Origin: an uncultured bacterium
GTDB lineage: Bacteria > Krumholzibacteriota > Krumholzibacteriia > Krumholzibacteriales > Krumholzibacteriaceae
NCBI GenBank assembly: GCA_963813815.1
Contig: CAWFAD010000008.1
Span: forward strand, 1-64,000
DNA: 64,000 nt
Reading direction: 5' to 3'
The position numbers and the translations under genes are program-made. Of the stretch, positions 39,494-47,638 are shown piece after piece. Positions within the stretch are counted from its first letter, which is position 1, and every line of letters starts with the position of its first letter. The notes under the pieces were generated by a model. It saw only the letters and a program-made list of their open reading frames with translations. It was not told the origin of the DNA and did not search any database.

Positions 39494-40672
39494 CTAGTGA
39501 AGTGTCCCCTCCAGCAGAAGATCGTCGACGTTTGTTGATTCGAGAAGTCTGAGCCCCTTCTCGCGGTCGACGACGAGCGGCATACAGCCGGGATAGCGCA
39601 GCTTGAATTGTTCCAACCCCCGAAGAGTTCTCGAAGCGCTCGACTTTGCCTCGATCGCGTATATCTTCCCTCTCAGCTCAACGACAAAGTCGACCTCGAA
39701 CTTCCCTTCTCGCCAGTAATGAACCCTTCCGCTGGAACGCAACAACGCCGCGCCGACGGCCGCCTCGAAAATCCGGCCATACCACTGAGGATTTGCGTCG
39801 ACCTCTTCGGGCGATCGGAAGGCATGTACCAGAGCGTTGTTCAGCGGCAAGAGTTTCGGGCTGGAAGCCCGCGTCCTCACTTCCGAGCCGCTGTATTTGT
39901 GAAGTGTGCGAATGAGGAATGCCCCCTGCAACAGATCCAGGTAGTGCTTGATCGTGTTCACATTCCCGGTTTCCTGAAGTTGGCCCAGGAGTTTCTGGAG
40001 TGACACCTCCTGGGCTGGATATGCCATCGCAAGCTCGAACATCTGGCGGAAGAGCGCCGGCTTCTGGACTGAACTGAGGCCCAGTATGTCTTTGATGAGC
40101 ACGGGTTCAATAATCGAGTCCCGCAGATACTTCTGCCATCTCGGAACGTCGTGACACAACGATGCGGCTGCCGGATATCCGCCGAACTTCAGGAACTCGT
40201 CGAGTCCCCATCCAAAAGCCTCCCTGCACTCGCCGAGATTCCAATGATCGGCAGTGATGACCTCGTATCTCCCGGCCAAGCTTTCACCGAGTCCCCGCTG
40301 AAGGGACAGGCTGGCTGATCCCAACAAGACGACTTTGAGTCTCTTGGACTCGCGGTCCTGATCGAACATGTGCTTGATAACCGAGCTCCAGTGGGGAATC
40401 TTCTGAACTTCATCGATCACGAGAAGGACGCCATCGCCCATTCGCCTGGCCCTTTCCCAATGCGCCGTGAGCCACTCCCTGTCGGGAGTAACGATCTCAT
40501 CCGCCGTGACCATAAGCGAGGGGCCCTCCCAACGTGCGATAATTTGCTGGAGCCCCGTGGTTTTACCGACTTGCCTCGGGCCGATGACCACCTGGATGAA
40601 ATTGAGCTGCTCGCGCAGCCGGGATGCCAATAGTCGAGTGAAATGCCGTTCAATTTCCTTCATAGTGGCCAT
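39494..40672 (-). CDS. AAA+ ATPase with DUF4143 and a C-terminal PD-(D/E)xK-like domain
   Basis: GPRQVGKTT, IDEVQ, LGSA, ESLAGR, GGYP, EVDFVV..AIEAK. Confidence 0.9.
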   Translation of the reverse strand: MATMKEIERHFTRLLASRLREQLNFIQVVIGPRQVGKTTGLQQIIARWEGPSLMVTADEIVTPDREWLTAHWERARRMGDGVLLVIDEVQKIPHWSSVIKHMFDQDRESKRLKVVLLGSASLSLQRGLGESLAGRYEVITADHWNLGECREAFGWGLDEFLKFGGYPAAASLCHDVPRWQKYLRDSIIEPVLIKDILGLSSVQKPALFRQMFELAMAYPAQEVSLQKLLGQLQETGNVNTIKHYLDLLQGAFLIRTLHKYSGSEVRTRASSPKLLPLNNALVHAFRSPEEVDANPQWYGRIFEAAVGAALLRSSGRVHYWREGKFEVDFVVELRGKIYAIEAKSSASRTLRGLEQFKLRYPGCMPLVVDREKGLRLLESTNVDDLLLEGTLH

Positions 40673-40819
40673 AGCATATTCATTTTTGGTAGATTTGTCT
40701 AGTATATTTAGGAGAATAATCTACTAAACTTTGAATTATGCCGCAACAAATTGTTATTATATGAGTTATATAATTAGCACTTCTACGGAAAGCGGGCAAA
40801 AACAGGGGTGTCCCTCCGC

Positions 40820-40841
40820 TTCTTTGCAACAGTGTCCACCA
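40820..40841 (+). repeat. att-like repeat R1
   Basis: TTCTTTGCAACAGTGTCCACCA, 19/22 identical to R2. Confidence 0.7.
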
Positions 40842-40908
40842 TTTTCGAGCATAAGCTTCGATTTCCATGCAACAATGTACACTGTATATCGCATGGCTGG
40901 ACGACAAC

Positions 40909-41235
40909 TCACGAGACGAACCGGAAGGCCCCGAACCAGACGACAAACATGAATCCGAGCACGCAGAGAAATCCGAAGGCTATCAAAGCCGCGATTATCA
41001 CGGTGCGCCGGAACATGAGTCGCTTTGCTTCCATGTAGGTTTCCATTGCATCCTCCTTGTTGAGCGGTACAGGCGCATCTCCCGTCGTTTCCATCTTTGC
41101 GAACTCCTTGGCAAGGTCGGCGGTTTCGGGGTCACTCGCCAGGTACGATTCGACAAGCGCGCGCGTATCCGCGCTCGCCTCGTTGGCCACATAGATGGGT
41201 AGAAGATCGAGAATCACGTTTCGAGTGATCTTCAT
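40909..41235 (-). CDS. Anti-sigma factor-like membrane protein
   Basis: NVILDLLPIYVANEASADTRALVESYL (zf-HC2-like, metal ligands absent); C-terminal TM; follows the ECF sigma. Confidence 0.8.
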   Translation of the reverse strand: MKITRNVILDLLPIYVANEASADTRALVESYLASDPETADLAKEFAKMETTGDAPVPLNKEDAMETYMEAKRLMFRRTVIIAALIAFGFLCVLGFMFVVWFGAFRFVS

Positions 41236-41236
41236 T

Positions 41237-41722
41237 TCAATACACCTTCCTTTCGATACAGGCCGCAAGGATCATCTTGCGAACGCGATGCACTTTCACT
41301 TTGGCTGATGCGAGTGTGATTTCCAAGACGCGGGCGATCTCCTCGTAAGGCATATCATGCCGCACGCGCAGGACAAAGGCCGCACGATCGATCTCCGGAA
41401 GCGTTCGCAGGAGCCTCTCAACTCTTACCAGCTCGAGCCGGGATTCGGCTCGATCTTCCGGTCCGGCCGCGGGATCCGGCAGCGTCTCATCGAGAGCGAT
41501 CTCGCGCCGGCTCTTGCGCCGCCGTTCAAGAAACGTGTTGCGAGCGATCGTCATGAGATATGCCTTGAGGGTTTCCGTGCGAATGGCGCTTCTCTTCACC
41601 CATGCGCGAACGAACGTTTCGGAAGTGATGTCCTCCGCTTCGGCGCGCTCGCCCGCAAGCGAGAAAGCGAAGCGGTAAACCTCCGGGGCGTAGGACTCGT
41701 ATAGTTCTTGAAAGCGCAGCAT
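41237..41722 (-). CDS. ECF sigma factor
   Basis: AEDITSETFVRAW, YLMTIARN, YEEIARVL..AKVKVHR; RBS GGAGG. Confidence 0.9.
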   Translation of the reverse strand: MLRFQELYESYAPEVYRFAFSLAGERAEAEDITSETFVRAWVKRSAIRTETLKAYLMTIARNTFLERRRKSRREIALDETLPDPAAGPEDRAESRLELVRVERLLRTLPEIDRAAFVLRVRHDMPYEEIARVLEITLASAKVKVHRVRKMILAACIERKVY

Positions 41723-41856
41723 TTTTCTCCTCCGGTGATAATAGACATTTGGAGATGGAAAGTTACAAACAAATGGATGTGACATGAGGAGGGATGCGCT
41801 CACTCCGGAGCCGAGCGACAGAGATGGGGTACGGTACGATAGCGTGCAGGTGGCGT

Positions 41857-41878
41857 TTCTTTGCGAGCGTGTCCACCA
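41857..41878 (+). repeat. att-like repeat R2
   Basis: TTCTTTGCGAGCGTGTCCACCA, 21/22 identical to R3. Confidence 0.8.
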
Positions 41879-41904
41879 ATTCAAATCAGACGACAACGTC
41901 AGGC

Positions 41905-42756
41905 CTACGGCCGAATCCCGGCTGATTCTCGAAAGATCGTTCGCGATACCAGCTCGGTTGCACAAGCAGTCAGCGCGAATATCGCGAGAATGATCAGGTA
42001 GATCTGCAGGGCGCTCAGGTCTCCAAAATCCCACCAGTTGTCGCGCATAAGATTCACCGCCGATGTATTCAGCACGGCATGAAAAAACATCGCTATGAAC
42101 AAACTGCCATTGCTCCATCGCCAGAGGTGACCCATGATAAATGCGATGAGAATCGTAGATATCGGATATAGCACGACAAATTGCGACCAGCTCAATCCAT
42201 TGCGGAAATCCGCAAACCTGAATGCGGGGAAATGCCAACACGCCCAAACGAGGCCGACTATGATTGCCCTGGTCACTGATCTCAAGCGGTCCTGCAAACG
42301 AGATTGGAGAAAACCGCGCCAACCCATCTCCTCTCCCAACGGGCCTACTCCGAAAATAATCCCGCCCAGAAATGCATTCACCGGCACGAGTGCGATCATG
42401 GTAGCGGCGATTTTCCATAGGGCGATTTTGGCCGAAATCCCCAGAACGAGATAGAATACCAGTCCGATGGCGGGCAGCAGAAAGAAGGCAGCAATATAAA
42501 CACGCCAGTTTACCTTTACGAGAATCAAGCGCTTCAGCAGACCGAGGACAGCCGCGCGCCCGCCGGTTAGGCCAGTCATAATAAGCGCAGCTGCGGTCGG
42601 GCCAAAGCTGCCTGCCAGAAGAAATCCCGCAAATCTCCCGTCGTTGATACCGACCATTCCATTAATCGATGCTATGCCCATCAACCAGATCGCCCACGAA
42701 ATAGCGTAGGCAACAGCCACAAAAGCCAAGATGGACTTGATCCCTCGATCCTTCAT
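41905..42756 (-). CDS. CPBP (Abi/CAAX) intramembrane metalloprotease
   Basis: EEMGWRG, WACWH, HAVLN. Confidence 0.9.
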   Translation of the reverse strand: MKDRGIKSILAFVAVAYAISWAIWLMGIASINGMVGINDGRFAGFLLAGSFGPTAAALIMTGLTGGRAAVLGLLKRLILVKVNWRVYIAAFFLLPAIGLVFYLVLGISAKIALWKIAATMIALVPVNAFLGGIIFGVGPLGEEMGWRGFLQSRLQDRLRSVTRAIIVGLVWACWHFPAFRFADFRNGLSWSQFVVLYPISTILIAFIMGHLWRWSNGSLFIAMFFHAVLNTSAVNLMRDNWWDFGDLSALQIYLIILAIFALTACATELVSRTIFRESAGIRP

Positions 42757-42927
42757 TGAGGGCCTCCTCAATCAAGGCGGCATCCGGCCCGTAGGAGAGT
42801 ATCATCGCCGAGTGAAGTAAGGCATACCTGGACTGCGTGCATCAATACGGCACAGCGGCGCAGTTGTTTCCAGAAAAGAGCCCGCCTGGATTCGGTCTTG
42901 CATTCCAGCAGTACGTGCGGCGGTCAC

Positions 42928-43149
42928 TCAGTATCTGTCGAGTGCCCAGTTCAGCGCCTTCGCGACAGTCTTTCCCTTAACACCGATATGCCGGGCAATA
43001 GCCTCGTTACTGAGCGCCAACCGTTTCAAATGCAACGCCTTTCCCGCGATCTGCTGATATTTTGGAGGGATCTCGACCTCCAGAAGTTCCGCTTCGAATG
43101 TCATCTCCGCAAAGGTTCGAATTCTTTGCGGGCGTGTCCACCATTTCAA
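42928..43149 (-). pseudogene. HTH-containing ORF fragment that starts inside repeat R3
   Basis: KWWTRPQRIRTFAE..PPKYQQIA..LSNEAIARHIGVKGKTVAKAL; no clear RBS. Confidence 0.6.
43109..43143 (+). repeat. att-like repeat R3 (most complete copy)
   Basis: GCAAAGGTTCGAATTCTTTGCGGGCGTGTCCACCA. Confidence 0.85.
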
Positions 43150-43164
43150 CTCAATTGTGTCGGA

Positions 43165-43653
43165 TCATTCTTCGCAGACCGATTTCGAGCGTTTGCGACC
43201 CTTAATGGTCTTCAGCGCATCGGTGAGGACCTTCAGGACGAGCCTGTCTTTCTCCCTTGCCGCCGCTTCCTTGCTGGCAATGATCCGCTCCAGCTTCAGA
43301 ACGAGCACTTTTGTCCGACCGAGAGGCACCTTGATCGCATGTTTCCTTTCCTCGTCGAATTCGCCCAGTCCGTCCATAGTGAGAACGATATCGAAGAGCT
43401 CGATGCCATTGCCGGCGAACATTGGCCCATTCCTCGCCGTCGGAGGAACGTAAACGCCACGAACCTCTTTCAGGGCTTTTTCAAGGCCGGGATCCGGCAG
43501 CGTGCGAAACCACAGGTCGATACCCTGAGTCACAACGGGCGCTCCCTGAAGGGCGGCGGCGGAAAGCCCCACGATCATGAACTCGACTTTCTGGCGAACG
43601 AGCTCCTTCAGAAACTCCGCTTCCCGATCACCGAATATCAACGAATCGGCCAC
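43165..43653 (-). CDS. Nucleotidyltransferase-fold protein (DUF6036-like)
   Basis: MIVGLSAAALQG..TQGIDLWF..IIASKEAAAREKD. Confidence 0.75.
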   Translation of the reverse strand: MADSLIFGDREAEFLKELVRQKVEFMIVGLSAAALQGAPVVTQGIDLWFRTLPDPGLEKALKEVRGVYVPPTARNGPMFAGNGIELFDIVLTMDGLGEFDEERKHAIKVPLGRTKVLVLKLERIIASKEAAAREKDRLVLKVLTDALKTIKGRKRSKSVCEE

Positions 43654-43996
43654 GACGCAACGCCCTCCTCAAACGCTCGACAGGCTTCTCACTCAAGAGA
43701 AGCAGTGTATGCCTGATATTGTCTCGATCGATCCCTGGATGCAGCCTCGAGATGCGTTCCGATTCGGTGGCCAGGGATTTCATCCGTTCGGCCGGCGTAT
43801 CCGTTTCTTCGAGCAGGGCCGATACGGATATATGCAGGCGCTCCGCAATAAGGATCAGGGATAACGGGACGACGTAATCCTTGCGAGCCAGCGAATAGAA
43901 CGCATTTCGACTGACCCCCGCTTCACGCAGCATCTCTCCGATGTTCAGGCCCCTCCGGCGGCATTCGTATTCGACCTTATCCATGGAAAGCTTCAT
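43628..43996 (-). CDS. XRE-like HTH protein, partner of the nucleotidyltransferase
   Basis: EMLREAGVSRNAFYSL..IAERLHISVSALL; overlaps the downstream gene. Confidence 0.7.
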   Translation of the reverse strand: MKLSMDKVEYECRRRGLNIGEMLREAGVSRNAFYSLARKDYVVPLSLILIAERLHISVSALLEETDTPAERMKSLATESERISRLHPGIDRDNIRHTLLLLSEKPVERLRRALRRGRFVDIR

Positions 43997-44002
43997 ATAC
44001 AT

Positions 44003-44031
44003 AATGTACCACTATTTGGTACACTTGTCAA
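44003..44031 (-). promoter_or_regulatory. sigma70 promoter with palindromic operator; probably leaderless
   Basis: TTGACA-17bp-TACATT, 6 nt before the ATG at 43996; TGTACCA-N5-TGGTACA at 44005-44023. Confidence 0.75.
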
Positions 44032-44060
44032 CCGAGAATAGGCCCTTGTGTGACGTTATT

Positions 44061-44162
44061 CTAACCGTTGGGTCGATGCTCGACACGCCGGAGCCAGGCA
44101 GCAGCTTTAGTCGCCGTCTTGTCTGTGATTCCGAGCCTCCTGGCGATCGCCGAGTCGGGCAT
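44061..44162 (-). pseudogene. Second, truncated copy of the HTH fragment
   Basis: MPDSAIARRLGITDKTATKAAAW is similar to LSNEAIARHIGVKGKTVAKALNW. Confidence 0.6.
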
Positions 44163-44167
44163 AGTCT

Positions 44168-44944
44168 CTATTCGCCAAAAAGAGTTTCCGGCCGCTGCTC
44201 CATCAATTCTCTCATTGCCGCCAAGAAACGCCCGGCATACGCACCGTCCAGCGGACGATGATCGAAGATCAGGGTGGCAGAAATGAATTGCCTGAAAACA
44301 CACTGCCCCGCCGCATTCCGAACAGCCTTCTCCTGCAGGGCCCCCAGGCACAGCACGGCGATCATCGGCATCGACATTGCCGGAACACCGTTGGTGACGC
44401 CGAAGCTGCCGAGATTCGTGATGACAAAATTGCCATAACGCTTTTGAAGAAAATCTATCGATCGTGACGGGAACCTCATGGCGAGCTTCCGAATAAAGGC
44501 CGGGATGCGCATAAAGCGTTTCAGATAGAGATAGAATTCCCCTTCATCCCGCTGAATTCTTTCGACCTGCCCTCTGCTTTCCTTGACAATCTCATCCAGC
44601 CTTTTCTTGTCGGGGTTGTGCAGTACGACGTACTCCACATGGTTCTCGCTGTCGACCGGAATATTGAAGACCATCTCTTTGGCATCGACGATTTTCTTCC
44701 CATCGAACGAGGCGTAGAGAAACGGAAAATGCAGCAAGGTCTTCGCGGATGCTTTCATGAAAAGATGGGTAAGCGATATTCTGAGGGAAGCCTCACGTTT
44801 GGCATTTGCTTCGCTCCGAAGCGCCAGAAGCCTGTCCATCTCGATATCGATCGCCATCGAAACCGCCGGAACGCGTCGATTCTTGTCGAATTTCATAATT
44901 TGAAATCTTCGAAAGAGCCGCTCTTTCTCTTCCCGTTGCACCAT
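44168..44944 (-). CDS. Stand-alone 2-oxoacid dehydrogenase E2-type acyltransferase catalytic domain
   Basis: GNFVITNLGSFG, FDHRPLDG; no lipoyl domain. Confidence 0.8.
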   Translation of the reverse strand: MVQREEKERLFRRFQIMKFDKNRRVPAVSMAIDIEMDRLLALRSEANAKREASLRISLTHLFMKASAKTLLHFPFLYASFDGKKIVDAKEMVFNIPVDSENHVEYVVLHNPDKKRLDEIVKESRGQVERIQRDEGEFYLYLKRFMRIPAFIRKLAMRFPSRSIDFLQKRYGNFVITNLGSFGVTNGVPAMSMPMIAVLCLGALQEKAVRNAAGQCVFRQFISATLIFDHRPLDGAYAGRFLAAMRELMEQRPETLFGE

Positions 44945-45042
44945 ACGTGTTTCTCTCTTTCGTGGAGCGATACTGATGAAAGTCAATCTTATGGGCAATT
45001 CGATTCCGTGTCAAGGTGCCGGCGGGTTGTGCACGCGCCCCC

Positions 45043-46837
45043 CTATTTCCCTTCCTCCAACCGCTTCAGGGCGGCTTGGCCGTTCTTGTTCCCCGGATTG
45101 AGCTCGAGAGATTTTCGGTACCCTTCGATCGCGCGCTCCTTCTGCCCCACCTTCGCGAGGACCTCCCCGAGGCTGTCGTAGGCATTCCAGGAATTTGGAT
45201 AGAGCTCGACGGTCTTTTCGAACACGTAGACGGCGGCCGCGATCTCGTTCTCCTGAAGCAGCCGGTACCCGAGGTTGTTGAAGTCGGCTTCTTCGAACAC
45301 CGGGCCGTCTTTCCCGCGCCGCGCGAGGAGCTCCCGCAGCTTTGCATCGGCGGCCGGGATTCCTCCCTCGGCGAGGGACTTTCCGAGAGTGTCCGCGGCG
45401 GACCCGAGCCTTTGCTTGCGAACCGCCGTTTTCGCCCGTTCGATCTGCGGCTGCTCCCAGGGGAACATCGCCTCGACCTTTTCGCTTTCCTTCAGGATTT
45501 TCTCCGCTGCGGCGACGTCGCCGACGCCGAGATACGCCTGGGCCAGCATGGAGTAAGTGCTGGCGAATTGTGGGAAATCCTCGCGGCATGCGCGCAGAAG
45601 ACCGATCGCTTCGGCGTACTGCTTGCTCCCCAAGTATTGAGTGGCCCGTTGCATTGCTTCGTCGACGCCGAAGAAGGACGCGTCGCCTCTCTTCGCGCGC
45701 GCTCCATTGAGACCGGCGACCGCCGCCTCGACGCCCTTCTCACCCGCGTCGCGCACGTACTCTTCCACAAGGGATGTCCTCAGGTTCAACAGGCTGGCGG
45801 ATTCGTCCTGCGGGACGGGATTCCCTTTCTCCAGAAGCTGCAGCGCGAATTCCAGAACGCGGTCGGTCCCTGAGGCGATGTCGGCCGGCGTGTTCAGCAT
45901 GCGCAGATCGGGAGGCACGCCGACTCCTTCCCAGGAAACGCCGTTGTAATCGCTCATCACCTTGAAGGCCACCCACAGGGTCCAGCCATTCGGCATCCGA
46001 TCCGGGTATTGCGCCGAGAAGGCGCCCTCGGTGAGATCCCCCACGACGGTGACGTGGGGAAGCACGCGCATGGCCAGCACGAAGACATCGGCGCCGCTCG
46101 CGCTGAGGCGATGCGCGAGAAGGACGCTGGGCCGCGTGAACTGGACTGGACCGCCGGGCTCGACGTTGCGGTACTCCACCGGGGCCAGATCGTCGTGCTT
46201 GGGACCGTAGCGGGTCTGCGTTCGCATATAGTGTCGCTTGCGGTCGGCGAACCGATTCGCCACGAGCTCCGCCACGTTCCCCGTTCCACCCGGGTTGCCG
46301 CGCACGTCGACGATCATCCCCCGAGCGCCGGCGAGCTCCGCGATCGCCATGTCGATCGCCTGACTCGTCGGCCCGGGTCCCGCTTTGAAGTCGCCGAAAT
46401 GCATGTACCCGATCCCGTCCGAGAGCCAGCCGTAGGTGAAGCGACCCTTCAAGGTATCGGTGGCGCCGCCCTTCAAGTATTTCGACTTCACGAGATCCAG
46501 GGAGAAGTCGTCGGGCTCGCGGGCCTCCATCAATCCGCCGCAGTCGCGCCGCGTCCCGTCGGACAGGCAAACGTGCGCGTCGTTCAGGTTCCGCAGCATG
46601 GAGAGCAGTATGCCCCACAGCTCCTCGTCGGTGGTCGCCGGGGTGACCTGCGGGCGGTATACCTTGTACAGGGCATCCCAGTCGACGTGCTTGACACCGA
46701 ACTGGGCGTAGTTTCTATCGAGGCTCTTCCATACGTACTCGAAATTCAATACGGGATCGCGGGGATTTGCGCTCCCCTCGATTCTCGGCAACGGCGGCCG
46801 ACGCCCAAAGGCAAGCGGCGGCAAAGACAATCCACAT
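45043..46837 (-). CDS. S41-family peptidase with C-terminal TPRs; signal peptide out of frame (indel near 46785)
   Basis: LNDAHV, IVDVRGNPGG, SASGADVF, EGVGVPPD; TPR NAYDSLGE..LELNP; MWIVFAAACLWASAAVA lies in another frame. Confidence 0.85.
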
Positions 46838-46932
46838 GACGTGCCATGATCGATAGCTCCTTTCCGTATGCTCCCCAATCTTGTCAACACTCGAATGATA
46901 CGAGAACGGAATGGAAGTTGTTGCCCGGAATA

Positions 46933-46967
46933 GCGAAGGTTCGAATTCCTCGCGAGCGTGTCCGCCA
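46933..46967 (+). repeat. att-like repeat R4, distal boundary of the array
   Basis: GCGAAGGTTCGAATTCCTCGCGAGCGTGTCCGCCA, 30/35 identical to R3. Confidence 0.85.
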
Positions 46968-47103
46968 TTTCCTCTTGGCCGACGAATGCCCGCCGCCGGA
47001 AGCGTCCCGGAGATAACATTTTCGCTCTACCCCCGTACGGACGGTTTTGGTATCGTGACGTCGCACGGGACCGCACACGGGCTTGCGGGCAAGGAGGTCA
47101 TCG

Positions 47104-47517
47104 ATGAGGCGGATCGTCATTCTCGCCGCAGCGGCGCTGATCCTCTCCGCCGGCTGCACGAAGATAGACTATGTGGGCAAGGAGTTCCCGCCCACGGCCG
47201 ACGTGGATATCTTTTTCGCGCTCGACGACGTCGACCGCGAGTACGAGGTGATGGGTCACCTGACAGCCACCGCCAACGATATAGTGAGCGCGGAGAAGAT
47301 GCAGGAGGAGATACTGAAAAAGGCCCGCGAGAAGGGCGCCGACGCTGTCGTCATCCTCGGGCTCAACCGATTCGAGACTCCCACGCCGGCGACCTGGTCC
47401 GAGACGACGGAAATAGAAGCGACCAAGGCAGGAACGAAGACCACAACGACGGGGACTTCGTCATCCGGCACGAGCGAGCAAAAGGAGATACGCGCGACCT
47501 TTCTCAAGTACCGCTGA
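47104..47517 (+). CDS. Lipoprotein of unknown function
   Basis: Lipobox LSAGC; KKAREKGADAVVI; RBS AAGGAGG. Confidence 0.8.
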   Translation: MRRIVILAAAALILSAGCTKIDYVGKEFPPTADVDIFFALDDVDREYEVMGHLTATANDIVSAEKMQEEILKKAREKGADAVVILGLNRFETPTPATWSETTEIEATKAGTKTTTTGTSSSGTSEQKEIRATFLKYR

Positions 47518-47638
47518 TCGCTCGGAGCACGGAGACCGATTACGGGCCGTCGTAGGCGATGCCGCAGGGGATCGACGAGCGATTCGCTGCCGAAGCTCAG
47601 GTTGCGGTAGAAAAAGTAGGGCTCATCGTCGGCGGCCC

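Larger units (their letters stand above)
39456..46967. mobile_element. ssrA-anchored tandem array of cargo units delimited by att-like repeats; no recombinase gene
   Basis: Four repeats ending in TCC(A/G)CCA; all ORFs on the - strand; AT-richer patches; strand switches after the last repeat. Confidence 0.7.

Noticed and set aside
41742..41767. TGTAAC...GTCTA as an autoregulatory ECF promoter
   Set aside because: Plausible, but the spacing is shorter than typical ECF consensus, so it is not called.
41237..42418. 393-aa extended sigma factor
   Set aside because: The extension overlaps the CPBP gene out of frame; the real start is the RBS-preceded ATG at 41722.
40820..46967. R1-R4 as a CRISPR array or as tRNA genes
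   Set aside because: The spacers are 1-4 kb and contain genes, and no cas genes are present. The repeats have a T-loop-like motif and CCA but no T-stem or cloverleaf.
40820..46967. Classical integron attC sites
   Set aside because: No RYYYAAC..GTTRRRY boxes or long hairpin, and no intI in the window. The resemblance to integrons is organisational only.
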